Shown here: piece by piece, positions 61,990 to 64,000 of the stretch
Layout of the letters: each line of letters opens with the position of its first letter
How positions within the stretch are numbered: the first letter of the stretch is position 1
Source: an uncultured Verrucomicrobiae bacterium
GTDB taxonomy: Bacteria; Verrucomicrobiota; Verrucomicrobiia; Opitutales; JABDGR01
DNA: 64,000 bases
Direction: 5' to 3'
Assembly: GCA_963765205.1 (NCBI GenBank)
Contig: CAVXVB010000009.1
Location: 576,001 to 640,000 of the forward strand
Made by a program: the position numbers and the translations under genes
The notes under the pieces: model-generated
Told to the model about the DNA's origin: nothing
The model's input: the letters and a program-made list of their open reading frames with translations, nothing else
Database searches by the model: none

Positions 61990-63234
61990 ATGTCCGACTC
62001 TTCCCAGCGTTTCGTGGCCCGCCATGTGGCGACCCTGCCCCGCTCGGGCATCCGCGACTTTTTTGCCGTCGTCGCGCAGATGCCCGAGGCGATTTCGCTG
62101 GGCATTGGCGAGCCGGACTTCGTCACGCCCTGGCACATCCGCGAGGCGGCGATTTACGCGCTCGAACAGGGCAAGACGCACTACACCGACAACCGCGGCC
62201 TGATCGCGCTGCGCCGCGCTATCGCCGCCTATGTCGAAAAACATTTCCACCTCGAATACCGGCCCGAGGACGAAATTTTGACCACGGTCGGCGTCTCCGA
62301 GGCGCTCGACATCGCCCTGCGCGCGCTCGTCAACCCCGGCGACAAAGTGCTCTACCACGAGCCGTGCTACGTTTCGTATCATCCGAGCGTGACGCTCGTG
62401 CATGGCCAGGCCATTCCGGTGGCAACTTCCGCGCGCGACCAATTCGCGCTCGACCCGAACGCGTTGGCCGCCGCCTGGCAGCCGGGCTGCAAGGTGCTCG
62501 TGCTCAATTTTCCGACCAACCCCACCGGCGGTGTGGCCGACCGCCCGCGCCTCGAACGCATTGCGAAATTTGCCCAGGAGAAAGACCTCGTTGTGCTCAG
62601 CGACGAAATTTACGCCGAGCTGACTTTCGAGGGCGAGCACATCTCGATTGCCAGCCTGCCGGGGATGCGCGAGCGCACGGTGTTTTTGCACGGCTTGTCC
62701 AAGGCGTTTGCGATGACGGGCTTCCGCCTCGGCTATGCCTGCGGCCCGGCGGCGCTCATCGAGGCGATGATGAAAGTCCACCAGTATTGCATGATGTGCG
62801 CGCCGATCCTTTCGCAGGCTGCCGCCATCGAGGCCCTGCGCCACGGCTGGGACGACGTGTTGCGCATGCGCGACAAATACCACCAGCGGCGCGATTACAT
62901 CGTCGCGCGCTTCAACGAACTCGGACTGCCGTGCCATTTGCCGCGCGGAGCGTTTTACGCTTTTCCAAACGTGCAAAATTTCGGCCTGTCCTCGATGGAC
63001 TTTGCCACGCGTCTGCTGCATGAGCAGAAGGTCGCGGTTGTGCCGGGCACCGCCTTCGGGCCGGGCGGCGCGGGCTTTGTGCGCGCGAGTTTTTCCACCG
63101 GCTACGACCAACTCATCCAGGCCGGCGACCGCGTCGCCAAGTTTTTGGAGACGGTCGCGGGCGAAAAAGGCCTTCACCGCCAAGGCGCGAAGGACGACAA
63201 GGGTAAAAATCAACAATCGGCGGCGTTAGTCTAA
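61990..63234 (+). CDS. Class I/II PLP-dependent aminotransferase
   Basis: SLGIGEPDF, NFPTNPTG, SDEIYAEL, SKAFAMTGFRLG. Confidence 0.93.
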   Translation: MSDSSQRFVARHVATLPRSGIRDFFAVVAQMPEAISLGIGEPDFVTPWHIREAAIYALEQGKTHYTDNRGLIALRRAIAAYVEKHFHLEYRPEDEILTTVGVSEALDIALRALVNPGDKVLYHEPCYVSYHPSVTLVHGQAIPVATSARDQFALDPNALAAAWQPGCKVLVLNFPTNPTGGVADRPRLERIAKFAQEKDLVVLSDEIYAELTFEGEHISIASLPGMRERTVFLHGLSKAFAMTGFRLGYACGPAALIEAMMKVHQYCMMCAPILSQAAAIEALRHGWDDVLRMRDKYHQRRDYIVARFNELGLPCHLPRGAFYAFPNVQNFGLSSMDFATRLLHEQKVAVVPGTAFGPGGAGFVRASFSTGYDQLIQAGDRVAKFLETVAGEKGLHRQGAKDDKGKNQQSAALV

Positions 63235-63297
63235 GATGTCCGGGATCGTGCATTCATTTGCCCAATTTCTTGGCGATCTTTGCGTCTTAGCGGTGAA
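63173..63297. repeat. Palindromic element overlapping the aminotransferase 3' end
   Basis: ttcaccgccaaggcgcgaaggacgacaagg facing cttggcgatctttgcgtcttagcggtgaa. Confidence 0.75.
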
Positions 63298-63302
63298 CCA
63301 AT

Positions 63303-64000
63303 ATGCCAACCATCACCCGCAGCGTGGCCCTCGTCGGCCGGCCCAACGTGGGCAAGAGCCGCCTCTTCAACCGTCTCGCGGGCCGGCGCATTTCCATCGT
63401 GCATGACCAGCCGGGTGTCACGCGCGATTTGATCACCGTCAACGTGCCGCCCGACCGTGGCGGGTATCTGCTGATGGACACGGGCGGCATCGGCCTGGCG
63501 CCGGGCATTTCCTCCGCCGCCATCGTCAAGGCCACCGAGGAGCAGGTGGATTTCGCGCTCGCGGCCGCCGGCCTCGTCTTGTTTGTCACCGACACGCACG
63601 CGGGCCTGACCGGCGGGGATGAGCGCATCGCCGAGCGGCTGCGCGCGTTTCGCAAGCCCACCATCCTCGTCGCCAACAAGGCCGACGACGCGCGGCGCGA
63701 AGCCGAGGCGCAGGCTGAATTCACCTCGCTGGGCTTCGGCGAAGTCGTTCCCGTTTCTGCCGAGCATGGGCACGGCGTCGAGGAATTGATGCAGCGAATT
63801 TCGCAGATTCTCGGCCCGCCGCCGGCGGAAGAGGCTCCGGACGCCGCCGCCGTGGAACGCATCAAGTTCGCCCTCATCGGCCGGCCCAACGTCGGCAAGT
63901 CCTCGCTCGGCAACGCACTCTTGAGCGACAAACGGTTGATCGTCAATGAAACCCCCGGCACGACGCGCGATACCATCGAGATCAATTTCGACTTTGCCGC
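63303..64000 (+). CDS. der: Ribosome biogenesis GTPase Der (EngA), truncated by the window end
   Basis: Hand translation: [33 protein letters not shown], second GRPNVGKSS and PGTTRD. Confidence 0.95.
   Translation, partial: MPTITRSVALVGRPNVGKSRLFNRLAGRRISIVHDQPGVTRDLITVNVPPDRGGYLLMDTGGIGLAPGISSAAIVKATEEQVDFALAAAGLVLFVTDTHAGLTGGDERIAERLRAFRKPTILVANKADDARREAEAQAEFTSLGFGEVVPVSAEHGHGVEELMQRISQILGPPPAEEAPDAAAVERIKFALIGRPNVGKSSLGNALLSDKRLIVNETPGTTRDTIEINFDFA

Overview
GC-rich bacterial chromosome segment, most consistent with Verrucomicrobiota (Opitutia-like), inferred from a PEP-CTERM protein, 'W..DP.AA..W' repeat proteins and PVC-type intergenic repeats. It is mostly housekeeping and metabolic genes: cutA, 6S RNA, sulP, kdsA, an FKBP PPIase, sppA, the carboxy(nor)spermidine pathway, Rrf2-sbp-cysTWA, dnaX, ctaG, cysH, cca, hemW, gspE, a family-4 UDG, patB and the 5' part of der. 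Accessory DNA includes an intact 3,059-bp IS1595-family element (perfect 25-bp TIRs, 8-bp target duplication) carrying a PEP-CTERM surface-protein gene, an internally deleted DUF262/DUF1524 gene inside the polyamine operon, and IS630 and IS1-like remnants. The most unusual locus is an 11.5-kb minus-strand unit: an ECF sigma, a membrane anti-sigma-like protein with autotransporter-type repeats and a VWA domain, and a 2,172-aa repeat membrane protein. A TCTAA(G/T)-N16-CGTC promoter-like motif lies upstream of both the sigma and the anti-sigma gene. Several conserved genes carry single-base frameshifts, which most likely reflect long-read consensus errors and limit frameshift-based inferences. 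No CRISPR, rRNA or tRNA was recognised. All family assignments are from motif recognition by eye; no searches were run.
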